Virus record (IMG/VR): IMGVR_UViG_2537561934_000012
Coordinates: 1-45,384 of that record
DNA from: a virus
Lineage: Duplodnaviria > Heunggongvirae > Uroviricota > Caudoviricetes
Length of the DNA: 45,384 nt
Direction: 5' to 3' (one strand)
Shown: in pieces, positions 1 through 8,004 of the stretch
Numbering within the stretch: position 1 is the stretch's first letter
Layout: each line of letters begins with the position of its first letter
Program-made: the position numbers and the translations under genes
The notes under the pieces: model-generated
Told to the model about the DNA's origin: nothing
Seen by the model: only the letters and a program-made list of their open reading frames with translations
Databases searched by the model: none

Positions 1-1131
1 TCAAATGACCAGTTTTTTCCACTCCTTGCCGCGTGCATCGTTGTAAATATCGGTCATTTTTTGATTCGAATGACCCAGCAAAATTTTGGTATCAATTCCC
101 TGTTCTCTGAACAATCTTTCTGATAAAGATCTCTGCTCATGGAAAGAGGGTGGGGTGCCATTAGCACGCCAGTTGTAATCCACAGAATCCCGCGCTTTTT
201 TAAATGCAACAGTTAACGTTGCTGGCTTAACCATCCCGCCGCGCTTAGCTGTCCCTTTCGCGTGATGATGGTGCAATAGCCACGGACTAAGAACGCAATC
301 GCGACAGGATGACACCACATCATCCAGGGTGAGATTTAATTTATCGCAACGCAGAGCCAGAGGGATGGCAATCCGAGTTCCTGTTTTTTGCTGTTCGACA
401 TGAAGATAACCATCCCGGATATCCGAAAACTGCATTTTGCAAATATCTGAAAGGCGCTGGCCTGTCACCAGTGCCAGCAGCATGCCGCGCTGTAAAAAGT
501 AACCATCCTTTTCCGCTGCGTTATAAATCATCATCCACTCATCAAAAGTCAGTCGCTGTCTTGATATCCGCACCTGCGGTTTTTTTGCCGATTCTGCAGG
601 GTTAAAGCCTGGCGGGACATCGCCCGTTTGCTGAGCTTCCCGGAAAACATCGATCAGTACCTTCCTGAAAATTTGTCCCATTCTGTTATGTCCTCTGGCC
701 TTGTACTCTTCCAGCACCGATACCACATCTTTTACGGTGATGGCATCTAACGGTCTGGTGCCAAAACGTTCATCAAATACTCTGAGAGGGGCCGCTTTTT
801 GTTTCAGCGTGTTGAGTTTGATTTCTCCGTTTTCATATCTTTCCTGTTGAATTTTTCTGTAATTATTCAGAAAAATGGAAACAGTTGATGAACCGCCGGT
901 ATCATTAATAATTTTCTCCTGCAGACTGAGCATTTGTTCCATTTGCTGCCTGGCAAGACGGCTGTTCGCTTCTGCTGCAATAGTTTCTGCCAGTTTCTGG
1001 TCAATACTGCCGAGACCGTGATTTTTGCCTGTTATGGGATGCCTGTAACGCCAGTAAACTTTGTTATTTCTTTTGTCAAAATATGGAGACAATCCCGGAA
1101 CATCGGTTTTATATTTTCGCGGGCGCGCCAT
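1..1131 (-). CDS. int: Tyrosine-type site-specific integrase, lambda Int family
   Basis: 376-aa ORF with stop at window positions 1-3. C-terminal half reads like lambda Int (TGQRLSDI..., FHEQRSLSERL..., LLGHSNQKMTDIYNDARGKEWKKL), giving the R...HxxR...H...Y catalytic pattern. Sits at the prophage edge next to an excisionase-like gene. Confidence 0.88.
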   Translation of the reverse strand: MARPRKYKTDVPGLSPYFDKRNNKVYWRYRHPITGKNHGLGSIDQKLAETIAAEANSRLARQQMEQMLSLQEKIINDTGGSSTVSIFLNNYRKIQQERYENGEIKLNTLKQKAAPLRVFDERFGTRPLDAITVKDVVSVLEEYKARGHNRMGQIFRKVLIDVFREAQQTGDVPPGFNPAESAKKPQVRISRQRLTFDEWMMIYNAAEKDGYFLQRGMLLALVTGQRLSDICKMQFSDIRDGYLHVEQQKTGTRIAIPLALRCDKLNLTLDDVVSSCRDCVLSPWLLHHHHAKGTAKRGGMVKPATLTVAFKKARDSVDYNWRANGTPPSFHEQRSLSERLFREQGIDTKILLGHSNQKMTDIYNDARGKEWKKLVI

Positions 1132-1357
1132 CTTCCAGTATCCTCTTCAAAGCAGGGTGATCTGTGGCGATCACCTCCGGCTTGTTTACCATTCCGACAA
1201 AGCGAGCTCGCGGATCCACTCGCCAGTGTCTTCCAACTTTTTTGGGGAGAGGAAATATCATTCCGGCTTTAGCGTATTTACTTAACGTGCCTGGAGTAGG
1301 GACCGGATCGCTGAATTCCTCTTTTGCCCACTCAGTGAGCAGAATAAGTCTTGCCAT
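1109..1357 (-). CDS. xis: Excisionase-like DNA-binding protein
   Basis: 82-aa ORF immediately upstream of int and overlapping its start by 23 bp. Small basic protein in the lambda Xis position. Confidence 0.6.
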   Translation of the reverse strand: MARLILLTEWAKEEFSDPVPTPGTLSKYAKAGMIFPLPKKVGRHWRVDPRARFVGMVNKPEVIATDHPALKRILEDGAPAKI

Positions 1358-1421
1358 GAGCGTCGTTCGCTAATCATGGTCGCCGCCACTATAGCTGGTG
1401 GGCGACGACCGGGGTTGAACA

Positions 1422-3905
1422 TTAAAAATCAGCCTGACTCGGGATCAGTTTTTGTATCGTAGCTGTAACGTATTTTGCCTGGTGACGGGCGTCATCCAGC
1501 GCATTGTGGCGCACGCCTTCGAATGGAATAACGGTTCTGGCATCAAAGTCGATTGTTTTTCCCAGCTCAACGATTGTGCGTACATCGCGATCGTTGTAGT
1601 AGCGCCACGGGCAGGGGATGTCCAGGCGTTCGTATGAGGTGCGCAAAATTGCGTTATCGAAAGTTGCACCATTACCCCATACCTGAACTAATTTTTCATC
1701 TGAGTATTCGTTGATGAACTCCCGAAACCGCGAAAGGGCATCCTTCAGTTTTACCTGGTCTGTTAAAATGGCAGCTCTGGCTTCACTGGACTGCTTCAGC
1801 CACCATTCGATGGTTCCACCGTCAGGAACAGCCCCTGTATTCATTGCGTCAGTCAGACTGATAACGATATAAAATACTGGCCCGATTTCCCCTGTTTGTG
1901 GGTCGAAGAAAACCGCACCAATAACCACGATGGGCGCATTGGTGTTGGTTCCCATTGTTTCAAGGTCGATCATCAGGTGGTACCACACTCTGCTGGTGGA
2001 TGTGATAACGTGATGACCGTTCACCGCAATTAAGGGATCTGCCGTCTCGCCAGTTTCATTATCGCTGGCGTGGTCCTGAGCGCTGCCAGCATTCTCCTTT
2101 TGTGGATGTTCAGCGCCTTCCATTTCCTCCGGATCATTTTCCTGAACTTCAACCTGATTCTCTTCATCGAATGTTTCCTGGTATGTTGCGTCGCCCATCA
2201 CCGCACTACAATCAGGGCAGTTGCCGCCACCGATCTGACCGCAGGCTGTGCAGACTTTTTCCGCTTCCTGTTGCGCTACCGGTTCGGATTGTTTCGTTTC
2301 TGGCTCGTTTTGTAACGCATTTTGGCTGTTTTGTTCCGCTTTCTGGTTGTTCTGTTCCGTTTCTTGCTGGTTCTGGTTCACAGAATCGCGGGTTTCAATC
2401 CCCTTCACCCATTTCGGATCATTCGGGTCGCTAATCCCTGCAACAAATTCTCCGCGAGAGGCAGCAAGCAGTTCATTAGCGTCAGGCTGGCTGATATTGG
2501 CTGCCTGCATAATTTTGTTTACTTCGTCAGCGGTAACTTTTACCGGCTCTGGTTGTGCGGTCGTGTCAGATGCACCAGTATTTTGTTGTGAGCCTGAGTA
2601 TGTACCGTTTTTGCGGGCAAAATATTCTTCTTTCGTGATTTCAGTAGCCCCTGCAGCCAGCGCCTTATTCAGACCAGAAAGTTTGTTTGCACGACCATAT
2701 TTTTCGCCATCCTTATCGGTGAAAAGGAAGTAGAACGGCCCCTCACGCTCTACAGATGGTTCAGTTTCCAGCGTGCTTTCATTTTTTTGGGTATCAGATA
2801 CTTCAGTTTCCACTGCATCAGTTTGTGCTGCTGACGGCTGGAGAATATCAGCAGTGTTCTGGTCTGTTTCTTCATCCTCAAACACGCCCTTTGTCGCCAG
2901 GTATTCAGTGATGTATTTGTTCAGTGCTACGGGATCTTTGTGAATGTCGATCGGACGCTCACGGACAAGGCCAAAAATAGTCTGACGGTCGTAGCGAACG
3001 GCATCGGGTTGTTTGCGCATTGATGCGGAAATGCGCTTCCAGTCTTCGCGATCTTTGTCGATAACTTCATTTTTTGCCCAGCGATGGATGCTGCCGTCAA
3101 TGTTTCCGGCATCAATATCACCAGGCCAGAGATAGTAGGCCAGCTCCCTGTCCAGGGTTTTCCATGTCTGCTTGTATTCACGACGAATGGCGGCAGTGAC
3201 AGGAGGGATTTTTTCTGCTGGGTTTTCAGTGTCCTGCCGGTTAACTTTGGCGCGGGCGAGATCAACAACAGAAGTATATGCATCACCTTCTTTGCGCTCC
3301 TTTTCCTGGCGTTTTTTACGGTCGAGAAAATATGCCTGAACGTCGGGCCATTTGGCGGTTGGTTTTAAATCACGTCTGGCATCGTTGATGTATTCAATCT
3401 GACGTTCCGGATACATGGCGTTAATTTCTTTAGTCCGGATAATTGCCTCTGCGAGGTGTCCGTCAAAGGTCATCATGTCGTCATCGCCAAGAAGCCCGCT
3501 TGCGTTGATGACCATATCCACGGTGATGTTTTCATGTGTGCCAAACTTAACGAGGACAGCAGCCTGCTTGTCGTCAGATAACTGATTAAAGTTAACAATT
3601 TCTGTATTCGGCTCAGGTTCGACCGGGACAAAGGAAGCGGATTCCTCATCCCAGAGGTTTTCCTGCATATAATCAGTATCCCAGGAATCAAGGGCAGGGC
3701 GGGCCATGCCGGGTTTATCCTCGCAGACAAGAAATTTATAAGCGCAGTCCTGAGCTGCCGGATATTGTTCCAGGAATTGCCAGGTAAATTTGGCACGGGC
3801 GCGGCGTTCGTCGCCAGCTTCAATGGCAGTGGCAACAGCAACTGCACCTTCTTCCTTTATTGCCTGTTCGTCCGGAATGGCGGCGCAAATAAAGACTTTA
3901 CTCAT
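1422..3905 (-). CDS. RecE-like (exonuclease VIII family) protein with C-terminal DnaQ-like 3'-5' exonuclease domain
   Basis: 827-aa ORF. Central segment LLAASRGEFVAGISDPNDPKWVKGIETRD closely matches the remembered Rac RecE middle region. C-terminal about 190 aa (HLMIDLETMGT...GNGATFDNAIL...HNALDDARHQAKY) reads as a DEDDh-type exonuclease fold. Confidence 0.65.
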   Translation of the reverse strand: MSKVFICAAIPDEQAIKEEGAVAVATAIEAGDERRARAKFTWQFLEQYPAAQDCAYKFLVCEDKPGMARPALDSWDTDYMQENLWDEESASFVPVEPEPNTEIVNFNQLSDDKQAAVLVKFGTHENITVDMVINASGLLGDDDMMTFDGHLAEAIIRTKEINAMYPERQIEYINDARRDLKPTAKWPDVQAYFLDRKKRQEKERKEGDAYTSVVDLARAKVNRQDTENPAEKIPPVTAAIRREYKQTWKTLDRELAYYLWPGDIDAGNIDGSIHRWAKNEVIDKDREDWKRISASMRKQPDAVRYDRQTIFGLVRERPIDIHKDPVALNKYITEYLATKGVFEDEETDQNTADILQPSAAQTDAVETEVSDTQKNESTLETEPSVEREGPFYFLFTDKDGEKYGRANKLSGLNKALAAGATEITKEEYFARKNGTYSGSQQNTGASDTTAQPEPVKVTADEVNKIMQAANISQPDANELLAASRGEFVAGISDPNDPKWVKGIETRDSVNQNQQETEQNNQKAEQNSQNALQNEPETKQSEPVAQQEAEKVCTACGQIGGGNCPDCSAVMGDATYQETFDEENQVEVQENDPEEMEGAEHPQKENAGSAQDHASDNETGETADPLIAVNGHHVITSTSRVWYHLMIDLETMGTNTNAPIVVIGAVFFDPQTGEIGPVFYIVISLTDAMNTGAVPDGGTIEWWLKQSSEARAAILTDQVKLKDALSRFREFINEYSDEKLVQVWGNGATFDNAILRTSYERLDIPCPWRYYNDRDVRTIVELGKTIDFDARTVIPFEGVRHNALDDARHQAKYVTATIQKLIPSQADF

Positions 3906-3985
3906 TTTGTTTTAACCTCATTACAGATTTAAGGGTGAACAAATCCCTGCCATTGCTGGCATATAAAAATGAAACCGGATATTAA

Positions 3986-4189
3986 TTACGGTGCTGTATT
4001 AAATCCTGCCGGGATTTCGGTATTATCCATGCGAATAACTTTCTCGACCGGATAACAGTTACCAGGAATTTTCTGTTCTGCTGCGGCAGCCATACATTCT
4101 TTCATTGAACCATATATACCAGTAACCACATCAACAGGTTCGCCAGTATTGAGAAAAACAGTCAGAGTGAGGGCAACAGCAGTATTCAT
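3986..4189 (-). CDS. Hypothetical early-left-operon protein
   Basis: Likely start at internal ATG (MNTAVALTL...), which overlaps the stop of the upstream gene in an ATGA arrangement suggesting translational coupling. The ORF track extends it to 4243. Confidence 0.4.
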   Translation of the reverse strand: MNTAVALTLTVFLNTGEPVDVVTGIYGSMKECMAAAAEQKIPGNCYPVEKVIRMDNTEIPAGFNTAP

Positions 4190-4374
4190 TGCCAGTATCC
4201 TTTTTGCATCAGACGTAAACGGGCCAGCATTGAAACAATGCAAATTTGATTTAATAACTCCCGTTCGTGTTTTCTCTTATTAATGGCATCTTCAGTAAAT
4301 ACAGGGTTACTGATTCTGACTCCAATTTCAAAACAACCTTCAGACGTATTAACGTTTGGTAATAACGTTTCCAT
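4186..4374 (-). CDS. Hypothetical early-left-operon protein
   Basis: Likely start METLLPNV... preceded by a GAGGA Shine-Dalgarno on the minus strand. The ORF track extends it to 4470. Confidence 0.4.
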   Translation of the reverse strand: METLLPNVNTSEGCFEIGVRISNPVFTEDAINKRKHERELLNQICIVSMLARLRLMQKGYWQ

Positions 4375-4939
4375 TATCGCGTCCTCAACAATGAACTTTG
4401 TGATGCGGTGCCTGGTGCCTCCAGGTGACGTTAACCAGTTAACAATTAACGCCGGATACAGAGAACCCACCCATAAGAACCAATACGGAAGTCAACTGGC
4501 CTTTTTAACTGTTCCGCGTGCGCTGAGCCGCATTCACCGCATCACAAAATTCACTTTAAAAAAGGGCGGACATCAGCCAGCAATGAAAACTGATGCCGCC
4601 AAAAGGTAATCAACATGGGTTGTTGCAGCGGGGTTGTCACTCAGGCGTATGGTCAACCTGACAACCCGGTGTTATCTCGAGGAAAGGATAGCCTCGCCAT
4701 ACTTACCGCCGCGCCATTTCGCGGGTTGCCACAACCGGAAGCGCACGGTCGAATTAAATTTAACGACACCGTACAGTGAGACGAACTTCGCCGTGCGCTT
4801 TCGTGTTGTGCCCTGACTTTTCAGGGATATATCCTTTCAGTAAACTGTCAGTGCCGGATGCTCACCCGTGTCCGGCGCACGCACTCCACCTGACCCGTGG
4901 AGAACTCCTTAATTACCAACCATCAGGAGGGTGAAATTT

Positions 4940-5131
4940 ATGACACAAGAAGAAAAAGTAATGTTTCTTATGCGCCTGGCTGTGGAAACCTTTAACGCCC
5001 ATTGCCAGGTGTCCATTTCACCATCTCACGCCATTTCTCTTGCTACCGAGCAAATGGGGGAGATTGACGTCATTTACGATAAATTTGAAGCATTCCTGGA
5101 TAAGAAGCTTATGGCAGAGAAGCGTCAATAA
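4940..5131 (+). CDS. Hypothetical small protein (63 aa) on opposite strand to the early-left operon
   Basis: ATG at 4940 preceded by AGGAGG at 9-nt spacing (track start 4931 is an in-frame GTG). Convergent with and overlapping the 3' end of the 5109..5714 gene. Confidence 0.45.
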   Translation: MTQEEKVMFLMRLAVETFNAHCQVSISPSHAISLATEQMGEIDVIYDKFEAFLDKKLMAEKRQ

Positions 5132-5714
5132 TCCTCATTACCCATCGTAAATATACAGGAGTGGGCTTGACGTTGTGTTTTTCAAGCTCGCTCTTCATTA
5201 CTTCCTGCAACTTTGAGCTGATAATAAACAAATCAGGTTTATCGTTATTATTTTTATCAGCATCGTCTTTTTTTGTTTTCGACTCTTGTGGTGAATGTTC
5301 GAAAGTAACTTGCAGGGTATTATTTTTAGCGTCCGCAGAGCCTAAAGTATGTGCATATGGATGTGCTATTGTGCGCCCTCGCAGATTTGCATCATTTTCT
5401 AAATTCACTGAACGAAACAGGGCATCAACAAGGCTCTGTACAATGCAAAGGCAATCGAAGACTGTCGCTGTTTCTGTTTTGATTGATGAAAGAACATGGC
5501 CATTCAGGCAAACAGAAATTACCCGTTCATTAACATCGCTTTCCCGCTTTTGATTATCAGAACCATATAGCCCGGTAAACGCATCGCGCACATTACGAAC
5601 CATATTATCGATGGTTTCTTTTTTTGCGGATCCCGGTTTAATTTCCACCAGGCTATCGCTAAGTGTCGTTGCAGCAATTGTCTGGATTTCTTTTGGTAAA
5701 TCTTTAAATTCCAT
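5109..5714 (-). CDS. Hypothetical protein (201 aa), AT-rich accessory gene in early-left region
   Basis: Long ORF in visibly AT-rich DNA. No transmembrane segment or recognisable motif. C-terminal acidic/Lys/Asn-rich stretch. Confidence 0.5.
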   Translation of the reverse strand: MEFKDLPKEIQTIAATTLSDSLVEIKPGSAKKETIDNMVRNVRDAFTGLYGSDNQKRESDVNERVISVCLNGHVLSSIKTETATVFDCLCIVQSLVDALFRSVNLENDANLRGRTIAHPYAHTLGSADAKNNTLQVTFEHSPQESKTKKDDADKNNNDKPDLFIISSKLQEVMKSELEKHNVKPTPVYLRWVMRIIDASLP

Positions 5715-5736
5715 TATTAGCCTCGTTGGTCAGCTA

Positions 5737-5955
5737 TTAACGTGGGTATGTAACCATTCTGGCAATGCTTAATGCCGCTGCTTTTTCCAGCCTGGTGATA
5801 TCCTGCTCCAGAGCGGACAGATTTTCAGCCTGCTTAGCCCTGGCTTCATTGGCCCATTTCAGGTCCTGCGCTGCCATAATTTTCTGGCGCATCCACTCAT
5901 AAAGCTCATCATCGGTATAGTCTGGCGCGATGATGACGGGTTCTCGTTTCTGCAT
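5737..5955 (-). CDS. Hypothetical small protein (72 aa), coiled-coil-like
   Basis: ORF with GAGG Shine-Dalgarno upstream on the minus strand, in the early-left operon. Confidence 0.45.
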   Translation of the reverse strand: MQKREPVIIAPDYTDDELYEWMRQKIMAAQDLKWANEARAKQAENLSALEQDITRLEKAAALSIARMVTYPR

Positions 5956-5985
5956 ACTGAATTCCTCGCGGTGATGTTTCGCTTA

Positions 5986-6114
5986 TCAGCCGTTATATTT
6001 TGCCGAACTGGAAAGCGCCTGTTTAAACTCACTGAAGCTGAGAGCTTCTTCGCCTTCGGCAAGGCCTTCGAAGTATTCTTCGTAAGCCTTTTCCATGATT
6101 GCGTCGAAATCCAT
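5986..6114 (-). CDS. Hypothetical small protein (42 aa), below ORF-track threshold
   Basis: ATG preceded by a GGTGAG Shine-Dalgarno-like sequence on the minus strand. Tightly packed between the flanking genes. Acidic product MDFDAIMEKAYEEYFEGLAEGEEALSFSEFKQALSSSAKYNG. Confidence 0.3.
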   Translation of the reverse strand: MDFDAIMEKAYEEYFEGLAEGEEALSFSEFKQALSSSAKYNG

Positions 6115-6115
6115 A

Positions 6116-6271
6116 TCACTCACCTGAGTTTCTTTCCAGCCAGCGACGAGCGCCAGTTTCGGTTTTAAACGTTTTGCTTTTGGTATACGTCATCGCGGTG
6201 AATGTGCCGTCCTGGTTGGGAAACACGCCGTATACCAGAGATTCGTTGTTGCCAAGATCGATAGTATCCAT
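6116..6271 (-). CDS. Small early-left protein (51 aa), Rac YdaF-like
   Basis: Likely start MDTIDLGNNESL... with a GAGG Shine-Dalgarno upstream. Resembles the remembered 51-aa Rac YdaF. The track ORF extends to 6349. Confidence 0.45.
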   Translation of the reverse strand: MDTIDLGNNESLVYGVFPNQDGTFTAMTYTKSKTFKTETGARRWLERNSGE

Positions 6272-6439
6272 GCTGACCTCATTTCCCCTTAACGCCGGGG
6301 TAGCGGAACAAAAACCTGCTGCATAGTTAAAGTTGAACCCTGCCGTCATGTTCTTACGCCTCGGGCTGGCTACTTACCCCCTGACCACTGCCTGGTAACT
6401 CGAAGTATTGCCCTGCGTTCTGTGGGGTGGGGTGGGTTG

Positions 6440-6500
6440 GTATGCAATAAATCTAAAAGTATTTAGTTTTATAGTCAAGGGGAATCTAAATTAATTTAAA
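6440..6500 (-). promoter_or_regulatory. PL-like leftward promoter with OL-like operator half-sites
   Basis: On the minus strand: TTGACT (plus-strand 6473-6478), 17-nt spacer, TAGATT (plus-strand 6450-6455). Repeated AATCTAAA half-site motif also found in the OR region. Confidence 0.4.
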
Positions 6501-6524
6501 AAAAAGGTCGGTATAACCGACCTT
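6498..6524 (-). terminator. Rho-independent terminator downstream of the repressor gene
   Basis: On the minus strand: GGTCGG stem, 5-nt loop, CCGACC, followed by a run of 8 T. Confidence 0.55.
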
Positions 6525-6545
6525 AAGTTCAAGGACATGGCAGTG

Positions 6546-7193
6546 TTATAGGTTGAACTGTACACCTTTTGCTACGGCAACAATTTTACACTCTGGCGTA
6601 AGCAAGGATGATTGATAGCGCGGATTGAGAGGGCTTAAATACACAAGTTTTCCATCAATAACTAATTTTTTTATAGTCATAGACGGTTCATTTGTAAGTG
6701 GATCTGGAACTATTACAGCGACAATACTGCCATTTTTATAACTTTCTCCTGGTCTTAGGATCACAGTGGCACCAACCGGGATACTCGGCGACCCTGAGGG
6801 GTTATGCATAGTGTCATCAGGCATTGAAACGGCAAAATCACCTTCCACTACATCAAAGAATGTGGTGATCCTATCGACATTTCCCATTGTTTTCTCTCCT
6901 TCTAAGATTAGGAAAGAAATCGCGTCACCCCACGAAAAGTAGGGGATCTTGGTGCCTGGATTGCTCTGCACAAAAGATAGTTCAGGAGACGATACTCCAT
7001 ACAGGAGATAGGACTCAGTAGTTCCTAATGCTTGAGCTAACTTACTTAGAGCTTTGCTGCCGGGTTCGTTTAGATCTTTCTCCCAGTACCCTATAGTAAC
7101 CCCAGTCACGCCTGAAAGCTTACCCAGTTCTACTTGGGTGAGTCCCTTATCTTTTCTGAGTTTCTTAAGCCTGATGCCAAGGCTTTCCATCAT
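6546..7193 (-). CDS. cI: CI-type phage repressor (HTH plus LexA/S24-like autocleavage domain)
   Basis: 215 aa. N-terminal HTH (LKKLRKDKGLTQVELGKLSGVTGVTIGYWEKD) and C-terminal S24-peptidase-like region. Divergent from the cro-like gene across an operator region. Confidence 0.85.
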   Translation of the reverse strand: MMESLGIRLKKLRKDKGLTQVELGKLSGVTGVTIGYWEKDLNEPGSKALSKLAQALGTTESYLLYGVSSPELSFVQSNPGTKIPYFSWGDAISFLILEGEKTMGNVDRITTFFDVVEGDFAVSMPDDTMHNPSGSPSIPVGATVILRPGESYKNGSIVAVIVPDPLTNEPSMTIKKLVIDGKLVYLSPLNPRYQSSLLTPECKIVAVAKGVQFNL

Positions 7194-7289
7194 TTTCTCC
7201 CGCGAGTTGAATATAAATTATTTTAGATTGCATTGACCTAAAAAAAATTATCCTGTAATCTAAAAATACTTAGATTTTAGGAGAGTGAA
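7194..7289. promoter_or_regulatory. OR-like operator region with PR-like rightward promoter and presumptive PRM
   Basis: TTGACC (7233-7238), 17-nt spacer, TAATCT (7256-7261) upstream of cro. Three copies of the TTTTAGATT / AATCTAAAA half-site motif, including a palindrome CTAAAAATACTTAGATTTTAG. Confidence 0.5.
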
Positions 7290-7517
7290 ATGCGAGTTGA
7301 TGAACTTGTTCAGTTTTTTGGCTCTGTTCAGAGGGTCGCTGATTTTTATGGGATAACCCGCGAAGCTATTTACATGTGGCGTAAGCGCCCCGGTGAAATA
7401 GTTCCGAAAGGGAGAGCTGCGGAAGCTGCCGCATACTCCAAGGGAAAATTATCTTTGAACCCAGAGCTTTACAAAAAGAAGGATACCACTCAGAGCGAAA
7501 GGAAGAGTGATTCATGA
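7290..7517 (+). CDS. cro: Cro-like regulator (Rac YdaS-like HTH protein)
   Basis: 75 aa, divergent from cI, AGGAG Shine-Dalgarno upstream. Stop overlaps the next start (ATGA). Confidence 0.65.
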   Translation: MRVDELVQFFGSVQRVADFYGITREAIYMWRKRPGEIVPKGRAAEAAAYSKGKLSLNPELYKKKDTTQSERKSDS

Positions 7518-7939
7518 AAATCAAGCATGAACACATCCGCATGGCGATGAATGCCTGGGCGCATCCGGATGGTGAAAAAGTTCCGGCAGCTGAAATAACC
7601 CGGGCTTATTTTGAGCTGGGTATGACGTTCCCGGAACTGTATGACGACAGCCATCCGGAAGCCCTGGCTCGCAATACTCAGAAAATTTTCCGCTGGGTGG
7701 AGAAAGACACCCCTGATGCAGTTAAAAAAATTCAGGCGCTCTTACCAGCGATCGAAAAGGCAATGCCACCTCTGCTGGTGGCCCGAATGCGCAGCCACAG
7801 TTCAGCCTATTTTCGGGAGCTGGTGGAGACACGGGAGCGACTGGTGAGAGACGCTGATGATTTTGTCGCAGTGGCAATCGCCGGTTTCAATCAGATGAAC
7901 CGCGGTGGCCCGGCAGGAAATGCTGTGGCAGTGCATTGA
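7514..7939 (+). CDS. cII-position regulatory protein, Rac YdaT-like
   Basis: 141 aa, translationally coupled to cro, in the position of lambda cII. Resemblance to YdaT is from memory. Confidence 0.4.
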   Translation: MKIKHEHIRMAMNAWAHPDGEKVPAAEITRAYFELGMTFPELYDDSHPEALARNTQKIFRWVEKDTPDAVKKIQALLPAIEKAMPPLLVARMRSHSSAYFRELVETRERLVRDADDFVAVAIAGFNQMNRGGPAGNAVAVH

Positions 7940-8004
7940 CTGACAATAGCCATATCGAATCGCTTCCGGCAACTCGTGAGTAAAAAGATTCGGTATCAGA
8001 AGAG

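Noticed and set aside
2070-2733. Plus-strand ORFs of 81-161 aa
   Set aside because: Antisense within the RecE-like gene; hydrophobic/Cys-rich low-complexity products.
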